NCBI GenBank assembly: GCA_009840965.1
Contig: VXMT01000159.1
Location: 1 to 46,441 of the forward strand
From: Chloroflexota bacterium
GTDB lineage: Bacteria; Chloroflexota; Dehalococcoidia; UBA2979
Reading direction: 5' to 3'
Length of the DNA stretch: 46,441 nucleotides
Translations under genes and position numbers: made by a program
Notes under the pieces: model-generated
What the model was told of the DNA's origin: nothing
Database searches by the model: none
Seen by the model: the letters and a program-made list of their open reading frames with translations, nothing else
Shown: positions 8,303 to 17,173 of the stretch, in pieces
Position numbering within the stretch: the first letter of the stretch is position 1
Layout of the letters: every line of letters begins with the position of its first letter

Positions 8303-9385
8303 ATGCTGGAACGGTTCCACGTCCCCCGCGAGATCGAGGTGCGCGTCGATCCCGGCGTGATGCGCGCGACCGTCGAGGACCTGTTCGCCGCCCTCGGCAT
8401 GCCGCGCGAGCACGCCGTGCAGTCGGCGGACGTGCTGCTCTACGCGGACATCCGCGGCATCGACTCGCACGGCGTCTCGAACATGCTGCGCTACTACGTC
8501 GACGCGATCCGGGACGGCAGCATCAACCTCGATCCGCACTGGCGCATCACCCACGACAGCCCGGCCGCCTGCACCATCGACTCCGATGGCGCCCACGGTG
8601 GCGTGATCGGGCCCGAGGCGATGCGGATCGCGATCGAACGCGCGCGCCAGTACGGCATCGGCTCGGTCGCCGTCTACAACGGCGGGCACTACGGCGCCGC
8701 CGCCTATACGGCCGCGATGGCCCTCGACGAGGACATGATCGGCGTATCGATGACCGCAGGCGGCGTCAGCGTGACGCCCACCTTCGGGGCCGAGCCGCTC
8801 GTCGGCCTCAACCCGATCGCGGTCGCCGTGCCCACGCGCGAGGAGGCGCCGTTCATCTTCGACGGCTCGATGAGCTCGGTCGCCGGGAACAAGGTGCGGC
8901 TCGTGCAGCGCCTCGGCCGCGACACGCTGCCGGGCTGGATTGCCGGCGAGGACGGCGCGCCGATCATGGAGGAGCAGCCGATTCCCGAGCCGTTCCTGAT
9001 GCTGCCCCTGGGCGGCACGCGCGAGATCGGCTCGCACAAGGGCTACGGCCTCGCCGTGATGGTCGAGGTGCTGACGAGCCTGCTCTCAGGGGGCGCGGGA
9101 GGGCCGGATCGCCGCGTCCGCCAGGCGCACCACCTGCTCGCGTACCGCGTCGACGCGTTCACCGACCTCGATCAGTTCAAGGACGACATGGACGCCTACC
9201 TGCGACGCCTGCGCGGCGCGAAGACGGCGCCCGGCGAGGAGCGCGTCTACTACGCCGGCCTGCCCGAGCACGAGGAGGAGGCGATCCGCCGCGAGCGCGG
9301 CATCCCCTACCACCCCGAGGTGATCGAGTGGTTCCGCGGCATCCTCGCCGAGCTCGGCATCGGGGACCACCTGCCTGCGCTGTAG
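8303..9385 (+). CDS. Ldh_2 family (malate/L-lactate/sulfolactate dehydrogenase type 2) oxidoreductase
   Basis: 360 aa. DSHGVSNMLRYY and GSHKGYGLAVMVEVL motifs. 12 nt after the LLM gene. Confidence 0.8.
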   Translation: MLERFHVPREIEVRVDPGVMRATVEDLFAALGMPREHAVQSADVLLYADIRGIDSHGVSNMLRYYVDAIRDGSINLDPHWRITHDSPAACTIDSDGAHGGVIGPEAMRIAIERARQYGIGSVAVYNGGHYGAAAYTAAMALDEDMIGVSMTAGGVSVTPTFGAEPLVGLNPIAVAVPTREEAPFIFDGSMSSVAGNKVRLVQRLGRDTLPGWIAGEDGAPIMEEQPIPEPFLMLPLGGTREIGSHKGYGLAVMVEVLTSLLSGGAGGPDRRVRQAHHLLAYRVDAFTDLDQFKDDMDAYLRRLRGAKTAPGEERVYYAGLPEHEEEAIRRERGIPYHPEVIEWFRGILAELGIGDHLPAL

Positions 9386-9396
9386 CTTCCTGCGCG

Positions 9397-10200
9397 TCAG
9401 CGGCCGGTGTACTCCGGCGGGCGGTTCTCCTCGTAGGCGCGGATCGCCTCCTTGTGGTCCTCCATCTGCAGGGAGAGCCACTCCAGCGACGAGGCGGGCA
9501 GCTGGCCGAGCAGCACCTCCTCCTCCAGCCGGCGGTTGAGCGACATCTTCGTCCAGCGCACGGCCAGCCGCGGGTTGGCCGCGATGCGTCGCGCGAGGTC
9601 GAGCACGTGCTCCATCAGCTCTTCGCCCGGCACCACCTCGCTGAACAGGCCGAGGCGCTCCGCCTCGGCGGCGTCGATCAGGTCGCCGGTGAGCAGCAGC
9701 TGCTTCGCCTTCTGCGGGCCCAGCAGGTGCGAGAAGATCACGGTGCCGCCATCGCCCGGCACCATCCCCAGCTTGATGTGCGAATCGCCGATTCGGGCCG
9801 CGTCGCTCGCGATCACGATGTCGCAGAACAGCGCGAGCGTCGCGCCGACGCCGACCGCGACGCCGTTGACCGCGGCGATGATCGGCGGCTCGAGGGCGAG
9901 CAGGCCGCGGATGATGTCGTGGCGCCCCGGCTTGGGGATCGCCCAGGCGTGCTCCTCGTCGCCGGTGTTGCGGTCGGACATGGCCTGGATGTCACCGCCG
10001 GCGCAGAAGGCGCGGCCCGCGCCGGTGAGCACGACGACGTGCACGGCCGGGTCGCGGTTGATCTCGTGGAAGATCCGCTCCAGCTCATCGAGCATCGGCG
10101 GGTGAGCCGCATTCAGCCGCTCCGGGCGGTTGAGCGTGACGGTGAGGATGCCCGCGTCGTCGAGCGCGATCTTCAGGAACTCGTAGCGCTCGTACTCCAT
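9397..10200 (-). CDS. Enoyl-CoA hydratase/isomerase (crotonase) family protein
   Basis: Start taken at ATG 10200 (MEYERYEFLKIALDDAGILTVTLNRPERLNA). VVVLTGAGRAFCAGGDI oxyanion-hole motif. The longer track ORF start (10293) overlaps the upstream gene. Confidence 0.8.
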   Translation of the reverse strand: MEYERYEFLKIALDDAGILTVTLNRPERLNAAHPPMLDELERIFHEINRDPAVHVVVLTGAGRAFCAGGDIQAMSDRNTGDEEHAWAIPKPGRHDIIRGLLALEPPIIAAVNGVAVGVGATLALFCDIVIASDAARIGDSHIKLGMVPGDGGTVIFSHLLGPQKAKQLLLTGDLIDAAEAERLGLFSEVVPGEELMEHVLDLARRIAANPRLAVRWTKMSLNRRLEEEVLLGQLPASSLEWLSLQMEDHKEAIRAYEENRPPEYTGR

Positions 10201-10225
10201 GGCCGCCGCCCCGCCTGCCGGACGT

Positions 10226-11254
10226 TCAATCCACCGGCACGAACTTCTGGACCGCGCGCGCTCCGCGATCGATCCCGCGGTAGGTGTCGGCAAGGTCGCC
10301 GACGTAGATGTTGCCCTCGGAGTCGAGCGTGATGCCGTGCGGGCCGATCACCATCCCCGCGTCCTGGCTCTCCGCCGGGCACTGCGTGAGCGGCAGCGCG
10401 TTCTCCGGGCACTCGCAGCCCTCGTCGCCCCAACCCGCGACGCGGCGGCCGTCCGGGCTCCAGATCGTGATCCGGTGCAGCAGCTCGGCGATGTAGACCG
10501 TGCCGTCCGGGGCGACCACCAGGTCGTCCGGCAGGTGCACGCCGCGCCACTCCTCGAGGTACTCGCCGTCGAGGTTGAAGAGCTGGATGCGGCTGTTCAT
10601 GCGGTCGCAGACGTACACGCGCTGGTTGTGGTCGATGAAGATCGCGTGCGGCGTGCTGAACTGGCCGGGCCCGTCGCCGGGGCTGCCGAAGGTGAACCTG
10701 TGGTCGCCGCCGGCGTCGAAGACGTGGATGTGGCTGTTGCCGTAGCCGTCGCTGACGTAGAGGTCGCCGTTGGCGGCGACCGCCACGCGCGTCGGCCGGT
10801 TGAACGGCACTCCGCCCATGTCCGGCATGTTGATGTGACGCCGCCCGATCGCAAGCAGCAGCTTCCCGTCCGGCGTGCACTTCTTCACGAGGTGGTCGCC
10901 GGTGTCGGCCAGCCAGACATCGCCCGCCGCGTCGATCGTGATGCCGTGCGGGGTGGTGTGCTCGTCGTCGCCCCACCAATCGAGGAAGTCGCCGTCCTTG
11001 TCGTAGATCTGGATCGGGCGGCTCGAGCGGTTGTAGACGAAGAGGTTGTCATCCGCGTCGACGGCCACGCCCGCGACGTCGCCTAGCGCCCAGCCGCGAG
11101 GACGCCGCGCCCAGTTGTCGATCACCCGGTAGCGGTGGGCGCCCTCGCCGAAGACGGTGTCGGGCGTGCGGACCCAGCGGGTGAACGGCTCCGTGAGCTG
11201 GCCGGGCACGGCGGTCGAGCGCTCCCAGCTCGTCTTCTGCACGTCGAGAGTCAC
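10226..11254 (-). CDS. NHL-repeat six-bladed beta-propeller protein, paralog 2
   Basis: 342 aa, collinear with 4715-5740, including the C-terminal GDEGCxCPE...CPAE cysteine motif. Followed 25 nt later by the crotonase gene. Confidence 0.75.
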   Translation of the reverse strand: MTLDVQKTSWERSTAVPGQLTEPFTRWVRTPDTVFGEGAHRYRVIDNWARRPRGWALGDVAGVAVDADDNLFVYNRSSRPIQIYDKDGDFLDWWGDDEHTTPHGITIDAAGDVWLADTGDHLVKKCTPDGKLLLAIGRRHINMPDMGGVPFNRPTRVAVAANGDLYVSDGYGNSHIHVFDAGGDHRFTFGSPGDGPGQFSTPHAIFIDHNQRVYVCDRMNSRIQLFNLDGEYLEEWRGVHLPDDLVVAPDGTVYIAELLHRITIWSPDGRRVAGWGDEGCECPENALPLTQCPAESQDAGMVIGPHGITLDSEGNIYVGDLADTYRGIDRGARAVQKFVPVD

Positions 11255-11282
11255 GGCCCGCGATCCTCCCCGTGATCAGTAC

Positions 11283-11313
11283 GGCGCACGCCGGCGAGTG
11301 CCGGACGTGCGCC
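11283..11313 (-). terminator. GC-rich stem-loop between the binding-protein gene and the NHL gene (terminator/attenuator candidate)
   Basis: GGCGCACGCCGGC (11283-11295), GAGT loop, GCCGG-A-CGTGCGCC (11300-11313): a 13-bp stem with one bulge. No clear U-tract on the minus-strand transcript. Confidence 0.35.
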
Positions 11314-11352
11314 GCGTGATGACCGTCCGCGCTGCTCGCGCGGCGGCTGCTC

Positions 11353-13170
11353 CTACGAGTCCTCGACCCAGATCTCCTCGAAGAGGTGCGACTTGACGTT
11401 GCCGCCTCCGGAGAGACCGAAGCGGTACCCCTGGACCCGGTTCTTCCAGAACATGAAGCCCTGACCGCGCAGGCCGGGCGCGATGTACATGTTCTCGAGG
11501 ATGTGGCGCTCGACGTTGCGGTACACCTCGCGCCGCTCCTCGGGATCGAGGATTCCGCGCTGCTGCTCGATCATCGCGGTCAGATCGGGGTCGTCGACGC
11601 CGTAAGGGTTCTGCGACCCGCCGGGGTGGAAGGTCTGCAGGAACGAGTGGTCCACCGTGTCGCCGCCGCCGCGCGTCGTCGACTGGAAGCGGAAGTCCTC
11701 GTTCGCCTCGGCGTGCTCCGTGGAGATGATCCCGCCGCCGGGCAGGATCTTGAGCTCGGTCTTGATGCCGATGGTGGCGAGCTCCGCCTGGAGCACCTCG
11801 TTCTGCACCACGTAGTTCTCGCCGGTGTGCTGGGGCACCTCCAACTCGCCGCCGACGGCGGCCTGCACCAGTTGGGCGGCCTGCGCGATGTCCCCCTCCT
11901 TGTCCGGGCGGAAGCCGGGCTGCGCAAGGATCTCCTCGTCCGGGATGGTGAAGTACGGGTCGCGACCGCCGGGGGTCGTGAGCGAGGCGAAGCCCTCGTA
12001 CTGGAACTCAGCAAGCGCCTGCCGGTTGAACACCAGGTGTACGGCCACGCGCAGCCGCCAGTCGTTGAACGGCTCCCGCTGGAGCTGGTAGACGACACCG
12101 CTGTAGCCGCGGACGGCGCCATCGGAGTGCCAGACCGTCAGGTCCTCCTCCTCCTGCAGCTGGATGCCGAAGCTGTTCGGCCAGACTCGCGCCGGACCAT
12201 CGATCTCGCCGGCCTTGAAGAGGCCGAACTGCACCGAGTCGTCCGGGATGATTCGGTACTCGACCGCGTCGAGGTAGGGACGGCCGGCACGCCAGTAGTC
12301 CGGGTTCCGGACGTAGCGCCCGCCGACGCCGTCCTCGTGCGACTCGGAGAGGAACGGTCCCGTACCGATCAGCGCGCGCGGGTCGTTCAGGTCGTCGCCG
12401 GCCAGCTCCGCCACCTCGGGTGAAACCATCGCGTTGAAGAGCGAGGCCAGCGCGTCGAGGAAGTTGGCGTCCGGGCTCTTGAGGTTGAACTGCACCGTGG
12501 TGTCGTCGACGGCATCCACGCTCTCGAGCGTCGAGAACAGGAAGGCGCGCGGCGACCACTCGCTGAAGGCGATGCGCTCGACGTTGAACTTGGCGTCCGA
12601 CGCCGTGAACGGGCGGCCGTTGACGGGCGGGATGTTCTGCCACTTCGCTGCCGGGTCCAGGTTCGCGACGAGCGTGGTGTCGCCCGTCCACTCCCAATCG
12701 GTGACGAGGTCGCCGACGGCGAGCAGCGTCTCCGGGTCCGGCACGAAGAGCTGGTTGCCGACCAGGCCCCAGTGGTCCTGCGTCTGGATCGGTGAGGTCG
12801 CGCGATGCGGATCCCACGAGGTGCGGAGGCGGAAGAAGACCGTGACGATCTCGCCGCCCCGCTTCTCCGCCTCGGGGTCCGGTGTCGGCGTGGGCGTGGG
12901 AGTCGGCGTGGGTGGCGCTGTGGCCCGTGGCGTCGGGGTCGCCGCAGGCGCGGCGGCAGTTGCAGTTGGCGTAGCCGTCGCCTCGGGCGTAGCCGCCGCA
13001 GCGGTCGGCGTGGCGGCGGGCGTGGCGGGTGCGGGCGCCGGCTCTTCGTCGTCGTCGCCGTCGCAGCCGATGAGCGCGGCTGCGGCGAGTCCCGCGGCGC
13101 CCACCGCGCCGCCTCGCAGCAGCGCGCGACGGCTGAGGATTCCTCGCATCTCGAACGGGCTGTATGGCAT
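11353..13170 (-). CDS. ABC transporter substrate-binding protein, family 5 (peptide/nickel/opine, Opp/Dpp-type), Tat-signal lipoprotein
   Basis: Start taken at ATG 13170 (SD GAGGGGGAG upstream). SRRALLRGG twin-arginine motif, then the lipobox-like LIGC. The mature domain has SBP_bac_5-like length and motifs. Confidence 0.8.
   Translation of the reverse strand: MPYSPFEMRGILSRRALLRGGAVGAAGLAAAALIGCDGDDDEEPAPAPATPAATPTAAAATPEATATPTATAAAPAATPTPRATAPPTPTPTPTPTPDPEAEKRGGEIVTVFFRLRTSWDPHRATSPIQTQDHWGLVGNQLFVPDPETLLAVGDLVTDWEWTGDTTLVANLDPAAKWQNIPPVNGRPFTASDAKFNVERIAFSEWSPRAFLFSTLESVDAVDDTTVQFNLKSPDANFLDALASLFNAMVSPEVAELAGDDLNDPRALIGTGPFLSESHEDGVGGRYVRNPDYWRAGRPYLDAVEYRIIPDDSVQFGLFKAGEIDGPARVWPNSFGIQLQEEEDLTVWHSDGAVRGYSGVVYQLQREPFNDWRLRVAVHLVFNRQALAEFQYEGFASLTTPGGRDPYFTIPDEEILAQPGFRPDKEGDIAQAAQLVQAAVGGELEVPQHTGENYVVQNEVLQAELATIGIKTELKILPGGGIISTEHAEANEDFRFQSTTRGGGDTVDHSFLQTFHPGGSQNPYGVDDPDLTAMIEQQRGILDPEERREVYRNVERHILENMYIAPGLRGQGFMFWKNRVQGYRFGLSGGGNVKSHLFEEIWVEDS
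12862..13062 (-). repeat. Low-complexity Pro/Thr/Ala linker-coding region inside the binding-protein gene
   Basis: Encodes DGDDDEEPAPAPATPAATPTAAAATPEATATPTATAAAPAATPTPRATAPPTPTPTPTPTPDPE directly after the lipobox Cys. The DNA contains short GGCGTGGG-type reiterations. Confidence 0.7.
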
Positions 13171-13288
13171 CTGCTCCCCCTCTTGGCCACTCGTGCTGGC
13201 CTGCGTGACCATCGATCTAGCACACCTAGACACGGCCGTAATGAGCGGCATGCTAGCAGGTTCGGCGGGCAGCCGTCGCAGCGTTCGA

Positions 13289-14179
13289 TCACTCCCCGCG
13301 CAGCCGCGGATCGAGGACATCGCGCAGCGAGTCGCCGAACATGTTGAAGGCGAACACCACCAGCGTGAGGGCCGCCCCGGGGAACAGCACCAGCGAGGGG
13401 TTCGTCGCGAAGTAGAAGCGCGACTCCTCGCCGCCGATCATGCGCCCCCACGAGGGCGTGGGCGGCGGGACGCCCAGGCCCAGGAAGCTGAGAGCGCCCT
13501 CGGCCAGGATGACGCTGCCGAGGCTGACCGTCGCGATCACGATCAGCGGCGATACCACGTTCGGCAGGATGTGCCGCACGATCACGCGCGGCGTGTTGGC
13601 GCCCACCACCCTCGCCGCCTCGACGTAGGTCGACTCCTTGACCGCGAGCGTGGAGCCGCGAACCACGCGCGAGTTGGCCGCGATCATCAGCACGCCGAGC
13701 ACGAGCGTGACGTTGAGCGCGCTCGGCCCCAGCACGGCGACCGCCACCAGCGCGAGCACGAGCGGCGGGTACGCCATCACGCCGTCCACCACGCGCTGGA
13801 TGACGATGTCGACCTTTCCGCCGACGTACCCCACCCAGAGCCCGAGGATAGTAGCCGCCCCCGTTCCGATCGCGACCGCCCCGAAGCCGATGAAGACGGA
13901 GAGTCGCGCGCCGACGATGACGCGACTGAACTGATCGCGTCCGAACGCGTCCGTCCCGAAGGGGTGGTCCAGCGTGGGGCCGGAGAGGCGGGGCCCGACG
14001 GCGATCGCAGACGTATCGAACGGCACGATGTAGGGACCGATGGCGCCGAGCGCGATGAAGACGACCACGACCACGGCGCCAAAGGTCCCCAGCGGTTGCT
14101 TGCGCAGGAAGCGCCAGAGACTTCGTCGCAGCGAGCGCACGCGGCCGCCCGGACGGGAGAGGCTCGCCGCAGCCGTCAT
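13289..14179 (-). CDS. ABC transporter permease (DppC/OppC-like)
   Basis: 296 aa, multi-TM. Conserved cytoplasmic-loop motif YVEAARVVGANTPRVIVRHILPNV. Confidence 0.85.
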   Translation of the reverse strand: MTAAASLSRPGGRVRSLRRSLWRFLRKQPLGTFGAVVVVVFIALGAIGPYIVPFDTSAIAVGPRLSGPTLDHPFGTDAFGRDQFSRVIVGARLSVFIGFGAVAIGTGAATILGLWVGYVGGKVDIVIQRVVDGVMAYPPLVLALVAVAVLGPSALNVTLVLGVLMIAANSRVVRGSTLAVKESTYVEAARVVGANTPRVIVRHILPNVVSPLIVIATVSLGSVILAEGALSFLGLGVPPPTPSWGRMIGGEESRFYFATNPSLVLFPGAALTLVVFAFNMFGDSLRDVLDPRLRGE

Positions 14180-14231
14180 CGCCCGTCACCCATCGCAGTC
14201 ACCGCTCTTCGTCCCCGCCTCGCACGCCCGC

Positions 14232-15179
14232 TCATCCGTAACGGATCTGCGGGTTGAGGAACCCGTACACGAGGTCCACCGCCAGGTTGACGAGCATCAC
14301 GAACACGCCAAAGAGGAGCACCACGCTCTGGATCATCTCGAACTCCCGCTCGCGAATCGCCTCCAGCATCAGGCGCCCGAGTCCCGGCAGGCCGAAGATC
14401 GATTCGATGATCACGCTGCCGCCGAGCAGGGTCGCAACCGAGAGCCCGATCACCGTGACCACGGGGATCGCCGCGTTGCGGAAGGCGTGCCTCGTGACGA
14501 CGCGGTACTCGGTCAGGCCCTTCGCGCGGGCCGTTCGCACGTAGTCCGCACGGATCACCTCCAGCATCTCCGAACGGACCATGCGCATCACCGTGGCGCC
14601 GAGCCGCAGCGAGAGCACGAGCGCGGGCAGCAGCAGGAGCGTGACGTTCTCGACGGGGTCCTCCGCGAACGGGACGTACGGGCGCAACGGCGTCCACCCC
14701 CACCAGATCGCCGGCAGCACGATCAGCAGCGTCGCCAGCCAGAAGTTGGGGATCGACAGCCCGCCGATCGCGAGCGAGCGGACGGCCAGATCGATGAACG
14801 AACCCGGTTTCAGCGCCGAGATCAGGCCCGCGGGGACGCCGAGGACGACCGCAAAAAGGATCGAGAGCACGTCGAGCTCGACCGTGATCGGCAGCGCCCG
14901 CCAGACGCGCTCCCGCACGCTGTCCTTGCTGAATATCGAGTCGCCGAGGTCGCCCCGCGCCAGCCCGCCGATCCAGTCGAGGTACTGCTCCAGCAGGGGC
15001 CGGTCGAGCCCGAGATCGGCGCGGATCTTCACGCGATCGTCGGCCGGCACGCCGGCCTCGGCCAGCCGGTCGTCGAGAGCGTCGCCGGGCAGCAGCCGGA
15101 TCGAGCCGAATACGATCAGCGAGATGATGAACACCGTGGGCGGGACCAGCAGGACCCGCCGCATCACGTATTCGTTCAT
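14232..15179 (-). CDS. ABC transporter permease (DppB/OppB-like)
   Basis: 315 aa, multi-TM. DYVRTARAKGLTEYRVVTRHAFRNA loop motif. Confidence 0.85.
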   Translation of the reverse strand: MNEYVMRRVLLVPPTVFIISLIVFGSIRLLPGDALDDRLAEAGVPADDRVKIRADLGLDRPLLEQYLDWIGGLARGDLGDSIFSKDSVRERVWRALPITVELDVLSILFAVVLGVPAGLISALKPGSFIDLAVRSLAIGGLSIPNFWLATLLIVLPAIWWGWTPLRPYVPFAEDPVENVTLLLLPALVLSLRLGATVMRMVRSEMLEVIRADYVRTARAKGLTEYRVVTRHAFRNAAIPVVTVIGLSVATLLGGSVIIESIFGLPGLGRLMLEAIREREFEMIQSVVLLFGVFVMLVNLAVDLVYGFLNPQIRYG

Positions 15180-15327
15180 GGGCGCGCTCCGGCGTGTACG
15201 CCGCCCGACTATACACGCGCACCGTCGCCCTCCTGCTACCCGGCGCGCCGCGATCCGCCGTCGCCGTCTCTGCTATGAATGACCGCATGCACGGCGGCCG
15301 CGCCGGGCGAGACGAGGGAGCAGCGTG

Positions 15328-16206
15328 ATGGCCATGCCCAGCGACATCGGCGTCGTCGACACGCTGCTCGGCATCCCCACTCCCGGCCGCAAGGCCTACA
15401 GCGCCTTCCGCCCGCTGCTGCGCGACCACGAGTCGCTCGAGGTCTTCGACTATCCGGTGGAGTACCAGTACCGCAACCGCCCGGACATCCCGGAGACCGG
15501 CAGCCTCGAGGAGATGGTCGAGTTCACGCTCGCCGAGATGGACAGGCACGGCATCTGGCGCGCCCTCGTCGACGTGACCGCGGAGGACGGCGCCGGCCGG
15601 CGCGCCCTCGAGCTGCACCCCGACCGCTTCAGCGGCAGCTACACCGTGGATCCCAACGAGGGCGTCCCGGCGCTGCGCAGGCTGGAGCAGGCCGTGCGCG
15701 AGCTGGGCGTGAAGGCCGCGGCGGTCACGCCGGCCTTCGTCACCCCGCAGGTGCCGATCAACGACAAGCGGGCCTACCCCGTGTACGCGAAGTGCGTCGA
15801 GCTGGACATCGCGGTCACGGTCACCTCGGGAGTGCCGGGGCCGCGCGTGCCGATGCAGGCGCAGGACGTGGCGTTGATCGACGAGGTCTGCTGGTTCTTC
15901 CCGGAGTTGCGCTTCGTGATGCGCCACGGCGGCGAGCCGTGGACGGCGCTGGCGGTGAAGCTGCTGCTCAAGTGGCCGAACCTCTACTACTCGACGAGCG
16001 CGTTCGCGCCTCGCCACTACCCGCAAGACATCATCGACTTCGCGAACACGCGAGGCGCGGACAAGGTGCTCTACGCCGGCTACTTCCCCACGGGGCTCTC
16101 GCTGGACCGCATCTTCGAGGAGCTGGCGGAGGTTCCGTTCCGCGACCGCGTCTGGCCGAAGTTCCTGCGCGAGAACGCCGTGCGCGTCTTCAAGCTGGAG
16201 GAGTAG
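15328..16206 (+). CDS. Amidohydrolase_2 family metal-dependent hydrolase/decarboxylase (ACMSD-like)
   Basis: About 292 aa. ATG 15328 lies 8 nt after SD GAGGGAG (the track start GTG 15325 is also possible). TIM-barrel amidohydrolase-like pattern (VVDTLLGIP..., FVMRHGGEPW, YAGYFP). Confidence 0.6.
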   Translation: MAMPSDIGVVDTLLGIPTPGRKAYSAFRPLLRDHESLEVFDYPVEYQYRNRPDIPETGSLEEMVEFTLAEMDRHGIWRALVDVTAEDGAGRRALELHPDRFSGSYTVDPNEGVPALRRLEQAVRELGVKAAAVTPAFVTPQVPINDKRAYPVYAKCVELDIAVTVTSGVPGPRVPMQAQDVALIDEVCWFFPELRFVMRHGGEPWTALAVKLLLKWPNLYYSTSAFAPRHYPQDIIDFANTRGADKVLYAGYFPTGLSLDRIFEELAEVPFRDRVWPKFLRENAVRVFKLEE

Positions 16207-16224
16207 CGAGGAGCCTCGCGAGGC
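16206..16224. terminator. Small palindromic hairpin between convergent genes (bidirectional terminator candidate)
   Basis: GCGAGG-AG-CCTCGC (16206-16219) overlaps the 12-bp palindrome GCCTCGCGAGGC (16213-16224). It fills the 21-nt gap between two convergent stop codons. Confidence 0.3.
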
Positions 16225-16227
16225 CCG

Positions 16228-17154
16228 TCACTCGCCCCGCAGGTAGCGTGCCGCGGCGCCCGCTGCGGAGACGGCCTCGCCGACCGCCTCAGCCACGTGG
16301 CCGCCGTAGCCACGGCGCACTGCGCCCGCCGCGAAGACGCCCGGCAGCGAGGTCGCGAACTCCGCGTCCGTGACGACGTAGCCGTCCTCGCACGCCACCT
16401 CGGGAGGCAGGAACTCGCTGTTGGGGGCGGAGCCGATGAAGGGGAAGACGGCCTTGCAGGCCAGATCGCTGAGGCTGCCGTCCCCGACGCGGCGCAGCCG
16501 CACGCCCTCGACCGCCTCGCTTCCGAGGATCGCGTCGACCTCGCAGCCCCAGACGAACTCGACGTTACCGAGCCGGGAGAGCCGGGCGACGTAGTCCTGC
16601 TTCGCACGCAGCGGGCTGCGCGCGACGACGTGGACGGTGCGGCAGAAGTCGGCGAGGACCAGCGCCTCCTGCGCCGCCGCATCACCGCCGCCGATCACGG
16701 CGACGTCTTCGCCTCGAAACAGGTGGCCGTCGCACCAGGCGCACTGCGAGACGCCCTTGCCGAGCAGATCGCTCTCCCCGGGCACCCCGAGCTGCTTGAG
16801 CCGCGCGCCCGAGGCGACGACCACGGCGCGTGCCCGGTGGCGCTCGCCGCCGGCGGTCGCGACGTGCCCGCCGCCCTCGGCCGCGAGCGTCTCGACGGCT
16901 GCCTCGATGATCACGACGCCGAGCGAGCGGCACTGCTCGACGAGGCCAACGGCGAGGTCGACGCCGGAGAGCGCGCCGGCAGCCGGGTAGCCGTCGAGTT
17001 GCTCGACGGTCGCGATCTGGCCGCCGAAGAGCGGCTCGCCCTCGAGCAGCGCCGTGCTGAGGCCGCGGCGGGCGGCGTGCTGCGCAGCGGTCAGGCCGGT
17101 CACGCCGCCGCCGATCACGAGCACGTCGTACCTGCCGTGGCGGCGCTGCACCAT
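16228..17154 (-). CDS. Low-molecular-weight thioredoxin-reductase-like FAD-dependent pyridine nucleotide-disulfide oxidoreductase
   Basis: 308 aa. FAD motif VLVIGGGVTG, redox-active CAWC (canonical TrxR has CATC) and a second dinucleotide motif VAVIGGGDAAAQEAL. Starts 19 nt after the upstream gene stop. Confidence 0.8.
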   Translation of the reverse strand: MVQRRHGRYDVLVIGGGVTGLTAAQHAARRGLSTALLEGEPLFGGQIATVEQLDGYPAAGALSGVDLAVGLVEQCRSLGVVIIEAAVETLAAEGGGHVATAGGERHRARAVVVASGARLKQLGVPGESDLLGKGVSQCAWCDGHLFRGEDVAVIGGGDAAAQEALVLADFCRTVHVVARSPLRAKQDYVARLSRLGNVEFVWGCEVDAILGSEAVEGVRLRRVGDGSLSDLACKAVFPFIGSAPNSEFLPPEVACEDGYVVTDAEFATSLPGVFAAGAVRRGYGGHVAEAVGEAVSAAGAAARYLRGE

Positions 17155-17173
17155 CGTCGGGCTCTTCCGCCCG

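Noticed and set aside
7028-10332. Very long ORFs 7028-9037 (-) and 7795-10332 (+), 669 and 845 aa
   Set aside because: They are extremely Arg/Ala/Gly/Pro/Asp-rich with no recognisable domains. They lie antisense to or out of frame with well-supported LLM, Ldh_2 and crotonase genes. These are typical shadow ORFs of about 70% GC DNA, where stop codons are rare.
15180-15327. Inverted repeat GCGTGTA…TACACGC in the divergent region between the permease and amidohydrolase genes
   Set aside because: It has only 7-bp arms with a 13-nt spacer in GC-rich DNA. This is indistinguishable from chance without comparative data.
12387-16026. Long ORFs 12387-14189 (-), 12434-14257 (+), 14040-15278 (+), 14176-16026 (-), 15279-16373 (+)
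   Set aside because: Same low-complexity Arg/Pro/Gly composition. They overlap the ABC transporter and amidohydrolase genes, whose products have clear family motifs.
16120-16230. Possible readthrough of the TGA stop of the TrxR-like gene (by analogy with C-terminal Sec in animal TrxR)
   Set aside because: Translation past the TGA runs into the antisense of the amidohydrolase gene with no GCUG-like motif, and no plausible short C-terminal extension exists. It is treated as a normal stop.
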